The position numbers were made by a program, and so were the translations under genes. This document shows positions 1 through 15,500 of a stretch of 60,000 bases of DNA, in pieces. Source of the stretch: Mobula hypostoma (lineage: Eukaryota); contig NC_086109.1 in assembly GCF_963921235.1 (NCBI RefSeq), forward strand, positions 23,004,001 through 23,064,000. Direction: 5' to 3'. The notes beneath the pieces were generated by a model. That model had not been told where the DNA came from. It did no database searches and saw nothing but the letters and a program-made list of their open reading frames with translations. Numbering within the stretch: position 1 is the first letter of the stretch; each line of letters begins with the position of its first letter.

Positions 1-525
1 GCACAGGTTAATAAATCAAAAGATAGTGGTAGTCAAAAAATAGGATGTGTTGAGGAAAGAGAGCAGCCCCTGGGCGGTAGTAAATCGCGAAGCAGTTTGG
101 CAAGAACCTCCTGTCTACACTTGTTCTTTTAGTAAAAAGGGACTTAAGATTAGACAACTGTACATACAAAGCTTAAATTAAATACAAGTTCCAATCTCAC
201 TCCCAAATACACACATACACTGGTGTACAAGCAGTAGACTTTCTAACAATTGTTTACATGGGCTATAGCTCTTGTATTTTTCATCACTCTACTTTTTAGT
301 TTCTATAGGCATGAAAATAAAACTGGGAGGAAGGTTCCCAACATCATTACTCAGTTTACATTATGACATTTCAACAAGCCTGAACTCGCGCCTCTCCATG
401 CTTCAGTAAGACATGTCCAGTTTTTAAAATGGAATTCTGGTCCTTCCAATGTCATGGTGATGTCTATAAAGACATGACACGATTGCCTTTCTTCACTCCA
501 TTGTCTCATCTTTAATGCCCAAACC

Positions 526-559
526 TCAGACACCTCGTGGCTGCTGAACATCATTCAGT
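526..559 (-). CDS. IKBKE: IKBKE last coding exon (34 nt) (R)[10 protein letters not shown], followed by 3' UTR towards position 1
   Basis: tag acceptor at 561-560; TGA at 528-526; parallels the human IKKe ending RLNRVPAPPDV*. Confidence 0.85.
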
Positions 560-3500
560 CTAGTGACAAAAATACACTTAGTTATTTTACAGCACATCAG
601 ACATAACACTAATCCAAAATAACATTAAAACTCCAACAATCTGGTACTCTGGGGACTTGGGTGGTATTGGCCTAGCAGATTCTTTGTATGTTATTTATGT
701 TAATTCCCAAGAATTTTAATTATCTTTATATTACATTATAACAAATTCTACAGTGAACTCGGAAAGTTTCAGAGAAGTGTCCCGGAGAGACTTAATTGTG
801 TGTGGTCTAGTGAGTCTTTTGCAAGCATGGGCCCAGTGAATCTCGGAGGACAGGCCTGATTAATATCTAGGAGCATGGAGAAAATACCTGATGAGCCAAG
901 TACTGAACTATTGGGATTACCAAATGGCTGAGTAGCGTTCATCAGAACTTCACTGTGTACGGGTGAGTCCTACCTAGTAACATGCTGTATATGTGATATA
1001 CAGGGCATTCTATCTAGTAACACTGTGCTATAATGGAATATGACCCGAAACATTCAACCTATTCACATGCAGTATTCTAAGTATTTACATAAAAATAGTA
1101 ATGACATCACTTGAGTTTGATGTTCTCCTAAGGCAGTCATTCCCAAACTTTTTTGGGTTACTGCATCCTTGGCTCCCAGACCACATCCTTAGTGCCCCCC
1201 TCTCCCCTTCTGGCCATTATACAAAAGAAAGAATTTTGATTTACAATGCACAGTGAAAGAAAATAGGAACTCGAAATTCAAAGCAGTGACAAATAATTGC
1301 AAAAATTATTCAAATCTATTTAAAACTGCAAATGAAATTTCTTTATTTACAGTTAAAAACAATTTTCATCAACAATCTTAGAGCATACATTAGTCCAACA
1401 CTTCATTGCTTTTTGACCTTTCAGTGAGAAGGGTGGGCTTGGTACGTCTCAACATCAAGCTGTATGTCACCCAGGAATCTCAGCGCCTCATGTTCAACAA
1501 TTTGCAGCCTGTTTCGTTGCTTTGAAAAAAGCTGGGCAACTACACTGAAACCATGATCCACAAAATATGTTAGAAAGGTAATAAAAGAACAAATGGATCT
1601 TTTTCCACAGTGCAGGATAACATTCAGAGATTTCTTTCTGTAACCAAAAATCTTTATATACAAATTTTTGAACCTCTGCTTCAGCTCAAAGTCAGTTGTA
1701 GTGAGACCAGTCCTTCATCCGTCCTTCCCATTAATTCCTCATTACAAGTGCTGAGGAATGGATTTATTACACAATCTGGAATTCAGATCAAGAGAAGAAC
1801 CTGAAATCTTTCTGGTACATCTTTAAGCAGCTCACCCAAGTGGGCACAGTATATTTGAAGATCATCATCTTGTGTTCTTTCTTTCTCTTCCAACTCAGAG
1901 GCTCAGAAATTGGAAAAGGTTGTGACAGCCACTGTTGCACTCAAGTGGGGCCAACTTGGACAGAAATGTGATGACGACTGAGTTGATTTTGATAAAATTC
2001 ACATCATTTCCTTGCATTTGAACAATGATTTTCATTAAACTTTGAATAATTCTGATAAATAAGAATGTCATGCCAAATATTTTTGAGTTGATTACTGAAT
2101 GAAGTATTTGAGTCTTCAAAGAATTTTATCAGTTTCAAAAAGCACATTAAAGTGTCTCTGGCACTTTTTGAGAGTCAGCTGACTTCTGTGTCCAACAGCA
2201 GGCATTCAAACTGTTCATCATTCTCAATAAAAAGCTCTCAAAATAGTCATGAATTGAGAGCACGGGACTTTATTTATTGTTTCTGTGATAATAATACTTA
2301 ATCATTTGTGCAGCCTATCACTTAGGTTTTTTTGTGACAAGAGGTTGCCTGTGGATTACACAGAGAATGGTAAATGTTAGGTACAGTTTTTTTTCCAAGT
2401 ACCAATCCTATGGTGGCATACTGTCATTCATTGATGGTTCCCCATCTGTCGCACAAGCAAGAATAGCAGTGAATAGAATGTTTTTCTCTTGGGGGGGGGG
2501 GAGAGAAAATGTTCAACTACCCGAAATGTTGCCTCACCCTTTATGTATCAGTTTCTAGTCCCCTTGCAAATAACTCTTGAACCATGTTTTAATCTTTTCT
2601 GAAATGAACATAACCAAGAAGCAAAGATTCATTGCCTGGTAAAGTTAGCTTGTCCATATTCTCAGTCATTTCATCCAATCATCTTTGAGTAGAGATGCTG
2701 CTGAGCCGAATTGCTTTAATTGTTTGGTCTGATAACTTATGCAAGACCATACTCAGAACCTTCCTTACTGCTGGCAGAACCAGTTCTTCTCCAATGTATG
2801 GGACTTCCCAGATTTAACAATGAAATGTTGTATGAAGCACAGACACCTTCACTGTTTTGTGGTGGGGTGCTGGCAAACACGTTTTGAAGTGTTTTCCACT
2901 TCTGAAAGTTCTCACAATGTGGCTGAAGCCAAGTTCTTATTTACGTTATCAGAATGCATTCTCTTCAAATGCTCAAGGAGCTTGAAAGGTTTCATTGCCT
3001 CATCTGAAAAGAAAACTTTCACATAACAGACACAATGGCTGCTGTTAGTTGCTTGGTGCTGATATATTTCAGATTCTCGACACGCTACTCCTTACACTTT
3101 TTCATTTGGTCTGCTTATGCCATTTTTGTTATGGATGAACAACCACAGTCAATCACATATTAAAGTCCAACCTCAAGCACAGCGATCGATAAAGGGGAAA
3201 AATATGACAATAGCACAGGCAAAACTTTGCTCTGCCTGAAGGTAAAGTGGGGCAGCGATATCTTTGTTGAGCTAGGGAAACGCAGTTAAGACCATTCAAA
3301 AGGGCAGATTCTGAACTTTACCCCCTTGAAAGCCTTGCCCTAATTCACAGGAATTGCAGCAGTGTGTTATTAAAGTATGGGAATCGTACTAACAGTACTG
3401 AACAGCAATAATGTGCAGGCCAGGCTTAGAATTAGCCCAATTTCTTCAGTCCAGATCTCTCATGATACGCCAAATACAGAAGTGTCACATTGCTTTTCAA

Positions 3501-6500
3501 CTATAGCAAGCTATGAGCAAAGTCTAAGAGAATGGTGGGTTATCAAGAGATGAGGTGACTATGTGGTTGGAGTATGTGGTTGTTGTAATCAATTATGAGG
3601 CACTGAGGATCAAATGCATATAATAAGCAATTAATTTCTTAAATTTAGCCTATAATCCCTGAGCTACCCTCATTGCTACCAACATTCCCCCCACCTTGCC
3701 CCACTTTGGGAACCACTGTCCTAAGGGGTTGTCTGTTGGCAGGTCCTCACATGGCTGTAGAGGCTAATCCAGGATCACATAAATCTGGGTGGTTCTCCAC
3801 TAAGAAAATCATGTGTGTGGCTTTGTTTAATGTGTGGAGACTGATGCATGAGCAGCCACCACAGTCCTTGGGGTCAAGGTCCATAGAAACATAGAAAACC
3901 TGTAACAGAATGCTGTGCCGAACATGTACTTACTTTAGAAATTACCTCGGGTTACCCATAGCCCTCTATTTTTCTAAGCTCCATGTACCTATCCAGAAGT
4001 CTCTTAAAAGACCCTTTCGTATCCACCTCCACCACCGTCACTGGCAGCCAATGGCATACAAAGCAAGACGACTGGGGGGCGGGGGTGATGTGTCATCATC
4101 TTCTGCTAGCTCACTGTTGAGGTCTTACATAAACAATACCCAGTAACACAAAGTGTTGGTATATCATATACAGTGGGGCAATCTACTCAGTAACATGTAG
4201 ACATAGTCTGATTGATATACATGCACACCCCCAACATTTTTTTAGCCCAATTAAGAGGCTGCCCCGATTAAACAAAGTTTCATGGAAATAGTTAAGGGAC
4301 TCAAGACAAACTGAGTAACAAATTATGTACTTAAATGAAATACAGATTTACCAATAGTACTACTGTACTATAAAACTTGTAGTTCCTTATAGTAATTGAA
4401 GGAATTCATCCACTGTACACAATGAAGGAAATTAGTGTGAACACCTACTACAGATAATGGACTGCCTCATACAAAGCTATTAATGATTACATCATCCAAA
4501 TTTTCATTTTATTTGTAATATTCCACCATTGCCAACACCTTCAAATTCTTTGTAGTTCCCAATTTATTGAAGTACTGTAGTGAAATAGTTTCATTTTCAC
4601 TAATGGCTTTTTCTGACATCTCCAAGCCTGAATGCTTGAAACCACTGAGCAAAACAGCTCTGAGCTGTCTTACTGCTTTTTCCTATTAGTGACAAGATGA
4701 CTAGTTTTTAAAGACAAACACGCAACTGATATCTTTTAAAAACTGTTCGCTCTAAACATGGTATGAATGCAAGGAAGTGGAAAGCTATTTCAAAGGAACA
4801 GTGCAACGAATGGCCTCTTCCATGAGTCCATCACCCTTCGATTATATTTAGAACTGGGAGCCAATACTGGTTGGCAAAGGAATTGCTGATGGTCAAAACA
4901 ACAGATACAGGATTGGAATCTGGAGCACTACAGTAAAGAAACAGGCTCTTCCATCCATGCCAAACTGTAATTCCAGTCCCATCTTCCTACAAGTGAAACA
5001 TAGCCCTCTATATCCCTCCCACCCTTGTACTCATCCAAACTTCTCTTAAATGTTGAAATCAAACCTGCACCCATCACTTCCACTAGCAGTTATTTCAACA
5101 CTCGTGCCACCTCTGCGTGAAGTTCTGCTGAGGTTCCCTTTCCACCCTTAACTCATGACCTCAAGTTCTTGTCACTTAACCACAGTGGATAAAGCCTGCT
5201 TGCATTTACCCTGTCTATGCCCTTCTCCATTTTGTACAGCTTTATCAAACCTTCCCTCATTCTCCTATGCTCCAGAGAATAAATTCCTAACCTATTCTAT
5301 CTTTCTCTATAACACAGGTCCTCATGTCCCAGCAACATCCTTATAAATTTTCTCTGTACTCTTTCAATCTAATTGATACCTTTCCTGTAGGTTGGTGATC
5401 AGAACTGCACACAAAACTCCAAATTAGACTTCACCAATGTCTTAAGACAACTTCAACACAACTCCCAAATGCAGTAACCTGACTTACGAAGGTCAATGTG
5501 CCAAAAACTCTTTACAAACCCATGTATCAACTTGTGACACTGCTGTCAAGGAATCATGGATCTGTATTCAGATCCCTGTTCTACTGCACTCCTCTGTGTC
5601 CTACCACTCACTGTGCAATCCTGGTTTGACCTCCTAAAGTGCAATACCTCATACATGTCTGCATTAAAGTACACCTGGTATTTTTCAGCCCATTGTATAT
5701 ACTAGCAGCAGAGGTTTTGATTACCTGAAGTCATTGAAAATAATGCACCCAAGGTAATTAAAAATGTTACTAAGGAGCATTAGGATATTTAAGCCAATGC
5801 GGGCACAGGGTGAAGGTTTTAGATAATGGTAAGCTGTCATGGACAGATCTAGGTGTCTTGTAACAGTGGAAAACAGACCTCTATAAAAGGAGTTGTCATC
5901 TATAGCCTGGCTTCAATCAAATCTCAAAACTAAGCACTCTAGTTAAGTACACGCAGAGCTGGAATCAATTCAATGGCTTCATTTCCTCGGCCTTCCCAAT
6001 AACTCTAAAAGCAGCATGAAGATGAATGGCCTGGTTCACCTTTGGATGATCATGTTGTTGTGCTGGAGTTCCTGAGTTATGTCTTCCATCTCCTGCTTCA
6101 GCTGCTTCATCCTGTTGGGCAAACAAACATCTTCAAAGATCCACATCTCAACCTTCATACCCAAGTACCTTCAACCCATGTACAGAGCAAGGACACCAAA
6201 ATTATTCCCCATGTACCAAGTGTCTTCTCATGAAGATCCTATATAATTTTAAAGCTTCTTTACACTTGTCTAACAAAACGCATGCTAGTACTGCCACCTG
6301 AGTATTAGCAATTCATTACACATTTACTAGCTTTTCCCCATTAAGACACTGCCACATCTCATCATAGACATCCCCTTTATTCTGATCATCCCCCCACCTT
6401 CCCTCTTACTTGCATCTTAGTTCTGACCAAGGTTGCAGCCCCCAAACATCAACTGTATTTTTCTTCTCTCACACTGATTTTTTCCCCAAAATTTTCTGAT

Positions 6501-9500
6501 TTTGTTTCAAATTTCCAGTATACACAATTTTTTTTGATTTTCATATAATAGCCTTCACAGCTGCCTGCACATTAACTTCTGTTCGAGAACCAGTCTTTCC
6601 GAATATTTCCCAATACTTACAAAATGCTCAATATTTTTGTTTTTTCTTGCAAAGTGGATTATGTCACATTTTTCCATGTTGTTGCCGGTGATTTGGATTG
6701 TCCAAATTCCTTTGAAACCTATTTGCATCCTCACCTCTACCCACATTCCCATATAGTGTTGTGTAGGTCATACTGCAAGTGCCTGGGTGAATTTCCAAGG
6801 GCACAATTTAATCAGGGAATAGCCTCAATTGCATTACATGCCAAGGGAAAAATGTTGATTTTTCAGCTGCCTGGCACTGAAGCAAAATATCCCTACACAT
6901 TTGAATTTTCTAGCCACTATAGGTCCGTCAAGAGTGCCTGGGAGTGATGTCTGTGAGTCCAAGTCCAGTGGAGGCCCAGAGACGGCCTGTCCTGGTGTTA
7001 AAGGACCTACGTCTGCTTGGTAGAAGGGAAGGAGGCAAGGGGATTGTTTTGTTCTGGTGCTGTTGTTCTTGCTTGTGTGTTCTGCGAACACATTGGACAT
7101 GCTATGTTGGTGCCAGTATGTGTGTCAACACTTGCATTCCACCCCCAGTACATTCTTTGGTTGCGTTGCTTGTTAACACAAATGACATTTCCCTGTCTAT
7201 TTTGATGTACTTGCAGCAAATTAATGAATCCAAATTAAAACAAACTGGAATTCATTTGAGGGGAGGCATTCACAAATACTAACAATGTAAACCAGTAATT
7301 CTGTGCAACTTTAAATTTGGACATTCTACGCAAAAATCTCATGACTGCCCCCAATTCGGGAATAGCTCCAGGATGCTGGTCCCCACCTGATGACCATTTC
7401 CATGCATTTCTGGTCAGGGTAGACAGCCGAGGCTGTTGATTTTGTCAAGGTTTGCTGGTCTTCTTGAAGCCTCAAAAGGATCTGGTCCAGTATCTGCAAC
7501 CAAGGTATAAAGTCTGAGGGGGTTGTACAATTAAACAAGACATTCTCAGAGCTGTAAACAATACTATTCTTTACCATTATTCCTCATTTATGCAGAACCC
7601 TCTCTGAAACAGGGCAGTAAGCCCAACATCCATGTCAAAGTCTCAAACTGTATATCCTCACATCCTTCCATCTCAGAACACAGTAAAGAATAACCGAATA
7701 TTTTCAGCTCAAAGAGTAAGAGTAGAAGGAAAAGTGCCTTGACTACTACAAACTTTAATCATACCAGGAGTGTGATCACTCGAGTTGAGTATTATGTCCT
7801 CCTATGGGTCAATTGGTGGGTCTTCAGGTGGCTGAAGAGTTCAATCTGGGATCCACATAAATGTAGACTGCTTGTGCGTGACTTTGTTTAACATGGAGGC
7901 TGATGCACAGGCAGCGACTACATGATCCTCGACAGATCGGGGTTTGGTCCAGTTCATGGAATGCAGAGGGACAGAGGGCCCTTCACTTTTGCAGCTTTCC
8001 TTCGCCTTCACTGCCGTTGTGATGTGCACCATCTTCCGCCAGCCCCTCTGTTGATAGTTGGACGACTATTTGTGTGGAACCTCCCCCTTGACCTTACCAC
8101 CTGAGGTGACCCAACCAGAGGCTTTATACATCACTGGTGAGGCCCCACTTGGAGTATTGTGAGCAGTTTTGGGCCCCTCATCGTAGGAAGGATGTGCTGA
8201 CATTGGAGAGGGTTCAGAGGAGGTTCATGAAAATTATTCCAGGATTGAATAGCTTGTCATATGAAGAGTGTTTGATGGCTCTGTGCCTAAATTCATAGAA
8301 TTCAGGAGCATGAGGGGTGACCTCATTGAAACCTATCGAATGGTGAAAGACCTTGATAGAGTGGAAGTGGAGAGGATGAGACCAGAGGACACAGCCTCAG
8401 AATAGAGTGGCGTCCTTTTAGAGGGGAGATGAAGAGGAATTTTGTTGTTATCCAGAGAGTGCTGAATCTGTGGAATTCATTGCCACAAGTGGCTGAAGAG
8501 GCCAAGCCGTTATGTATATTTAAGGCAGAGGTTAATAGATTCTTGATTGATCAGGGCATAAAGGGACGTGGGGAGAAGGCAAGAGAATGGGATGAGAGAA
8601 AAAAAAGGATCATCCATGAAAAAAAAAGGTAGAGCAGATCTGATAAGCCAAATGGCCGAATTCTGCTCCATATCTTGTGCTAAGTTCTAGATGGCTACTC
8701 TCTCATGATCTCAGGAACTCAAGTGTCTCTGCCGTGAGTAAGTGCTGATTCTCAGAGAAAACAAATTTTAATAGAGTTGGAGATGAGGACATATGCATTC
8801 GAACAGGAAGGAATTATGGACTAGAAATAATATTGTGATTGCCATCTGATCAGATCGCATTTATGGAAAGAGAAACAGGTTTAGTGTTTCAGAATGCAGA
8901 GGAAGGCTATTTCAAACATTAAACCAGTTTCTCTACCCACAGATCGTGCCTGGCCTCCTGAGCACATCCAGCACTTTCAGTTTTTGTGTTAGATTTCCCG
9001 CAACTGCAGATCCAATAAAATTTTGTGCAAGCTTTCACTATTCTCTCCCATGGTGAAGACCAGCAATTTGAAGGACCTCATCCCTCTATCCAGCATTTCT
9101 TACAACTAGAACAGTTTTATAAGGAAAAAGAAGCATCTTTAATTTGATTGGTCAACAAAGATAAACTGGCTGAGCTAGAGGAACAAACAAACAGCTCTGG
9201 TAGATTTAGCTGTGATGGAGTTAACATCTTTATCCTAGCTCCAATATTTTGAGACCTATTAAACAAAATTATTCAAAGTAAATTTATTTTTAAATCCAGT
9301 GACCTTCCTCCTTCAAGTTGCTTACAGTAACATTCAAAAGATCAACCTTTAGATTTCTGGAGACTCTTGAAGCCCAAATCTGAATAAAGTATTTAGATCA
9401 ACTTAAACATACAGTATTTCTACCACTTTGTAATACAGATATCAGATTTTGTCTGTACAAAAGTCTACTTTTAATGAGGGAAGTAGTATTACTTAAAAAC

Positions 9501-12500
9501 TGCAGATGCTGGAAATCTGAAGTAAAAATAGAAAATGCTGGAAACATCCAGTAAGTCAGGCAGCATCTTTGGGGACAGAAGCAAAGAGAATGATTCAGAT
9601 CAAAGTTTTGCCATTAGAACAGGGAAAAAGAATGAGAAAACAATTTAAAAATTGTTGGATATGAGACTGGGAAACAAGGTTCAGAAGCAATGGTTGGGCT
9701 ATGTCTAATTGAAGGTATAAGGAAGGTGTCCGAGAGTTGAACAGAAATCTGAGGATCAGACATCAGTTCATAATAACACCACCCTCATTGACAGGTTTGA
9801 TGTTGATGTTTTTACTGAGCACAATGGTGCAGGTTCAGAAGAGGTTGGGTTACAGTGAACAGAGGCAGGGAAGAATTGAGATGATCAGTGTTAAGTTTGC
9901 AAAGAGTAGTTTCATCATTGGGTAAGAGGCCAGAGGGAGATGACCAAGTGATCAGGAATTCTGGAGATGGAAAAAAGGGAGAAGATTCCTGACCAAAGAG
10001 GTAAAAGTGACAGAAGAGTACTACACCATGTCAGACTTGGAATTCATTAAGATGTAAACACAATGATTAATTTGTGGCCTCTGTTGAGGATTGCTCATTT
10101 GGGCATCAGAGACAGGAAGATCAGAAGGGATAGAAAAAAATATAAACAGGGTCGAGATTGGGGCGAGATAGGACCAGAGAAAAACTGAATTGGGAAAGAG
10201 ATCCAGAGGAGTATTGGAATTAGAGAACTACTGAAGATTGCAACCTTTGTTATCTGAAAGGAAGGGTCTATTCTATGGATGCAGCAGTGAAAAAATAAAG
10301 TGGAACCTCATACCGCGACGGTGGCATTACTCAATTACTCTCCAACACAACCAAATGGCCATGTTGACATTCAAGTGCCATTTCTATAAACAATGACTTT
10401 ACACAAAATTTGTGAAACGTCTGAGGAAAATTATGTAGAAAAACATTCTAATCATTCTTTCATTTAAAGCAGTCTTAACCACACTATTTTTAAGGGTTTG
10501 CAACTCGATTAAATTTAAAGCTTTATAGGTAGGTGTGATTTATTTGTGTTATGTGGGAGCAATGCCTGTTTCTAGCAAATATTTTGATGTTGAACTGATC
10601 GGTGTTCAGATTTTTAATGTTTGCTGGTTTCCAAAAACCACACAGCTGAGCCAAAGACAAATCCTGTTTCACCGAAATTCCAACAAGCTCAATCACTTCC
10701 CAATTCCATCTCCACAGTTGATTGCTATCAACTACATTTTGTCTACTAAAGTTAAATCTTTTACATCAAAACACATTTTGCTGCCGTTCCATGTTATAGC
10801 AAATTTGAAAACAAATCTTTTTGCTCATCATTTCCATTCTAAGAACTATCTCCCTGCATGCATTTAAGGAGACACCATTTCTAACTCATCGTTTTGCAGA
10901 CAGAAAGCTCAATTGCCCAGTCTGTTCCCTCCCTCCTGTTCTAATTAATCATCACCCTTATCAAGCCAACCAGAGCCCAGGAATGTAACAGAAACCTTCT
11001 GGTTTGTAGGAGTCAGCAGCACCCCACCAGTAAACCACTCATCTTTACAGAATGTAATGGTGCCCTCATTAACAGTCAAAGTGGCCAGCAAGGCAGCAAG
11101 GAGGAAGCTCTATATATTGCAAATTGCTTGATGATTTGCACTGCTCTACTGAACTGAGTTCAGATTTTTATGGTTGCTCTACTTGCATAATAACTCCCCC
11201 ATTAAGTTCATCACAGAAACTCATCTGCAATGCATAGCGCCCTTCAACTAACATGGTAATAGTTACAGGCTGTCTGCCTATCCCACTGGCCCAAAATTAA
11301 ATAGGGTTTAAGTCCCCTTCTTTAAAAGCTGTTGAATATTTTATAAACACCAGAAATTCTGCAGATGCTGCAAATTCAGAGGAATATACACACACAAACT
11401 GCTGGAGGAACTCAGTTCAGGCAACATGTACAGAAATGAAAAAACTGTCGACCTTTCTTCAGGATCCTGGTCCAAAAAAATGTTAACCATTTTTTAATTT
11501 CCATAGATGCTGCCTGACCTGCTGAGTTCCTACATTTTGTCTGCATGGCTCTGAATATTTTATATCTCCAAATTTTTTTCTAGTTATTCTTCTCTCAAAT
11601 TAAATAATCTTTTCCTTTCTTTCTATAAGTAATTCATCACTAACTGGCTCCCTTTATGATTGTATCTCATTGGTTGGCGGGATTTTTGTTGTCACTGATT
11701 ATCAAGTTCCCAGAGAGCTTGTAAGTGCTGTAGTTTCAGGGAATCACAGTCCAAATATTTTTCATATCACTGTTACAAATTTCCACAATGTGACACTCCA
11801 GTCTTTTCTACCGCTGATAAAATTAAAGTCAGTATTAAGTCGCGTCCACACTAAATGGCTCTGTAGTTTCCATCACCATTTGTGTCCTTAAACTCGTAAA
11901 TTGGTACATTCAACAGGGTCGCAAGACATACCTTGTTCAAATAAGCTTCACAGTTCTCCAGGTCCTGACTGAGGTTCTCATATTGTTCACCAAGAGGTCT
12001 CAGTTGCTTCCTGATGTCACAGGCAATCCTGTAAAAGATAATAGTAGTTTCAGATCTGGACTAGACATTGATTCAATGAAAAGGAATGGCAAACGTCCCC
12101 AAGAATGCGTGCGCAAATTATCTTTAGTGCCAAATCAGTGAATGACTTTTTCCATCGAGAGCCGTGAAGTGTTTTCACAGGAAATACTATTGTATAATGG
12201 CCCAATTCTTAATTCCCCTTCCCTCCTTACATTACCCATTGTGTTCATGGACTGAATACCACCATTTCTCCTGGTGCCCTTCTAAAGAATCATTGGGTAT
12301 TTCAAGGGTGGCACATTAGTGTAGCAGTTAGCATAACAGTTCTCAGCACCAGCTTAAAAAGCAATCTAAAATGCAGGAAATACTCAACAGGCAAGATCTC
12401 AGTGGGTCAGGACTCAGCACAACATTAATAGTTCAGGTGTCTGGCCTGGTGAGCATTTTCACAGCACTGTTGTTGTTTTCTAGCAACTGCAGTATTTTGT

Positions 12501-15500
12501 TATTAGACCCTTCGTGAAAATCTGTTCCTAGCCTCAACTCCAAGGCTGCAGTGTAGCTGTCAGCTCTTGAACACAAGACAAGTGGTCGAAAATGGTCCTT
12601 AATCACCAATTCCAAAATCAAGCCCAAGCCACCTGCCTCGTGGTTTTCCAATTTCAGCGAGTTTTCAGTTACCTGCCCAGATGACCCACCCACTTTCCAA
12701 CCTTCATTCATTCTGTGCAACCACCTTGTCCAATTGGTCTTCCATGATTTCTCTGGCTACACTAGTCAGCCTGAAAACACATACCACCAAGCCTACAACA
12801 GTTTCTGTCCTGCTGCTAATAGACCTCTTGTATGACAAGATGGACTCTTGACCTTAATCTATCTCATCATGGCCTTGCACTTTGTTGTCTATCTGCATTC
12901 CATAATCTCTCTAATTTTAACTTCTATCCTTTGCACTATTTTTGCTTTCCCCTTGCAGTACCTCAGTGTACTGAGGTGATGAAATGATCTGTGTAGATGA
13001 AATACGAAGCAGTTTTTCATTGTACCTCAGTACATGTGACAATTTACCAGCCCTCAGTGACAGTGGACTTATTAGCTTTAGTTAAGTACCTCATCCAGTC
13101 CTTCAAACAGGTTAGCAGCTTCTGATACTTCTGTACACAATCGTCTCTGAACAACACCAGCACCTTCTTGGCATGGACTCCCATTCTGATTCTGAAACAT
13201 CAAGGAAACATTATGACAGAGTAACTTGTGTTCTTAAAGTGGACAATACCCACACAGGCAGAAAGTTCAAAACAGCAAAAGCATTGGAAAGTGTGAAAGA
13301 CAAGTTGAAACACACACAAAAGTTACACAAGGGCTGGGTTTCACAGGACATTATAATCTTGACACTTCATTTGATCTAAAAATATCTGTCCTTTACTAGT
13401 GTAGACTCCACAAGAAACACAACGTAATGCAAGGAAGTAAAGCTGGATTTTTATAAATTACTCGTCTGTCCTGATGAGGTGTCTAGACCCAAAACGTCAA
13501 CTGTTTATTCCTGCTCTTAGATGTTCCCTGACCTGCTGATATCTTTCAGCATTTTCTATGTGTTACTCTGGACCTTCAGCATCTGCAGAATCTCTTGTAT
13601 TTATACGTTACTGGTTAGCCTTCAAGTGAAGTATTGTATCTAATCTGGGCAGCACTTTCAAGACAAGTCAAGGCTTTGGGAAAGAAACCCCTCATCTTGG
13701 AGAGCTCAGAGAAGATTGATCAGGATACCAGTGATGAGGAACTTTAGCATAATGGAGCCGCACTAAAGACTAGAAGTTGAACAATGGTAGGAAATGAGGT
13801 TTAGCATGTTAAGAATTATGAGAGTTTCTGACAGGATTGGAACAACCTACTTCCATTGACAGGAGAGACAATAACCAAAGGGGAAAGGTTCAACATTGTC
13901 CAAAATTCAGGAGAGAATGGAGGAGTCTGGAATGCACTCAGTGAGGCCAGTAGAAGATTAATAATAACTCCTGAAGTTAACTGGAATAATATGAAAAAAA
14001 TAAATTGCAGGAAGATGTGGAAATAGTGCAGGAGCCAGTCAGATAGCATTTTTCATGGCTGACTCAGGCAAAAGGGGTTGAGCGTTCACCTTCTGTGCTG
14101 TGAAGTTCAAAGAACTTCTAAGCGTTCCTTATGTCACCGCTCAGTTGATTAGTAAGGTTGCCATGGGTAACCTTGGCTTTGACAGAAAAATAAGGTGTTT
14201 GCATTCAGACAACACTTCTCTGCATTTCTCTCAAAACTGCCAAAACTTTTGGTATGCATTGAAAAATAAAGCACAAGGTTAAGACGACAAATTTGGCAAT
14301 AATTTTGCACACAGCAAGATGCCATTGAGTGCTGAGATGAATGATCACATTCTCTACTTTAACAGAAAAATTTGCCTTTCCAGAAACACTTTGCAGTACT
14401 TAATGTGCGTCAAGCTGTCAGGGTAACCTCTTATTTGCCGTCTCATTTGTGGGTCAGTATTTCTGACAGTGCAGTAATCTCTCAGTTCCAAAATGTGCAA
14501 TCAGTTTTAATGTGCTCAGGTATACTTGTGAGCCTTGGACATTCAGACTGCGGGGCAATCTTTCATTTACGAACTGAAGTAGAGTAAAACAAATAAACCA
14601 AACTTACTTCTCAAATTTATGGATCTGCTCATCATTATACTGCAGCTCTGAAATGAAAATTGGTAACATTCAGTCCTTAAGCCAAGTCTTTTCCTCATTT
14701 GCAGGGGTAACTGTGCTGGTCTGCCACTGTGATCATGCATTGATTCCCAGATGGATATGCTGTACGTCACAAATCAAACAGATGGCCCATTGAATTTGTG
14801 TTGGCCATCAAGCAATCGTTTTTACTGTAGCCATACTCTAACCTAATATATTACTATTAACTCTCCCTTCTCCAACATTCTACCACACATTAGGAGCAAT
14901 TTACAGTGCCCAATTATCCTACCAAGCCATAAACGTTTGGGATGTGGAAACGCCTAGAGGAAACCCATGCGGTCACATGGGGAAACTGCAGACTTTAGAC
15001 AGCATCAAATGTCAGGGTCAAACAAGGGTTTACTGGAGCTGAGCGGCAGCGCCTCTACCAGTTGCCCCGTTGTATATTGGCACATCACACTCTCCATTAT
15101 CAAATAGCCCGCATTATACTGCAGACAACTGGGAATAAAGACTTGGATGAAATCAAGGAATTGCAACCAACAGCAGCAAGAGCTGAAGCCTTCAGATGCA
15201 GGACAAAGGGATAGACCTTGTGCTCGTGCATGTAGATCCAAGTGAGTAATAATTAAAAGGAAGTTTAATTGCATTCATAACCTCGATATCCCAAGACAAT
15301 TTGTAACCAATGAAAAAATTTAACATGTATTCATTACTGCAATGTGGAAATACAGTGAATAATTTGGATACAGCAAGCTCTCAGCCAGCAGAGAATGGCC
15401 AGATAATTACTTTTTCGTGATAGAGAATAGAGCCACGAGATGTGATTGAGGCTCCGGAATGGAACATGAACCCCATGCCCCTCAGATTCAAAGCAGACTG

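Noticed and set aside
511..516. ATTAAA (minus strand) as the IKBKE poly(A) signal
   Set aside because: Only 10 nt after the stop codon and unsupported; the 3' UTR end cannot be placed from this window.
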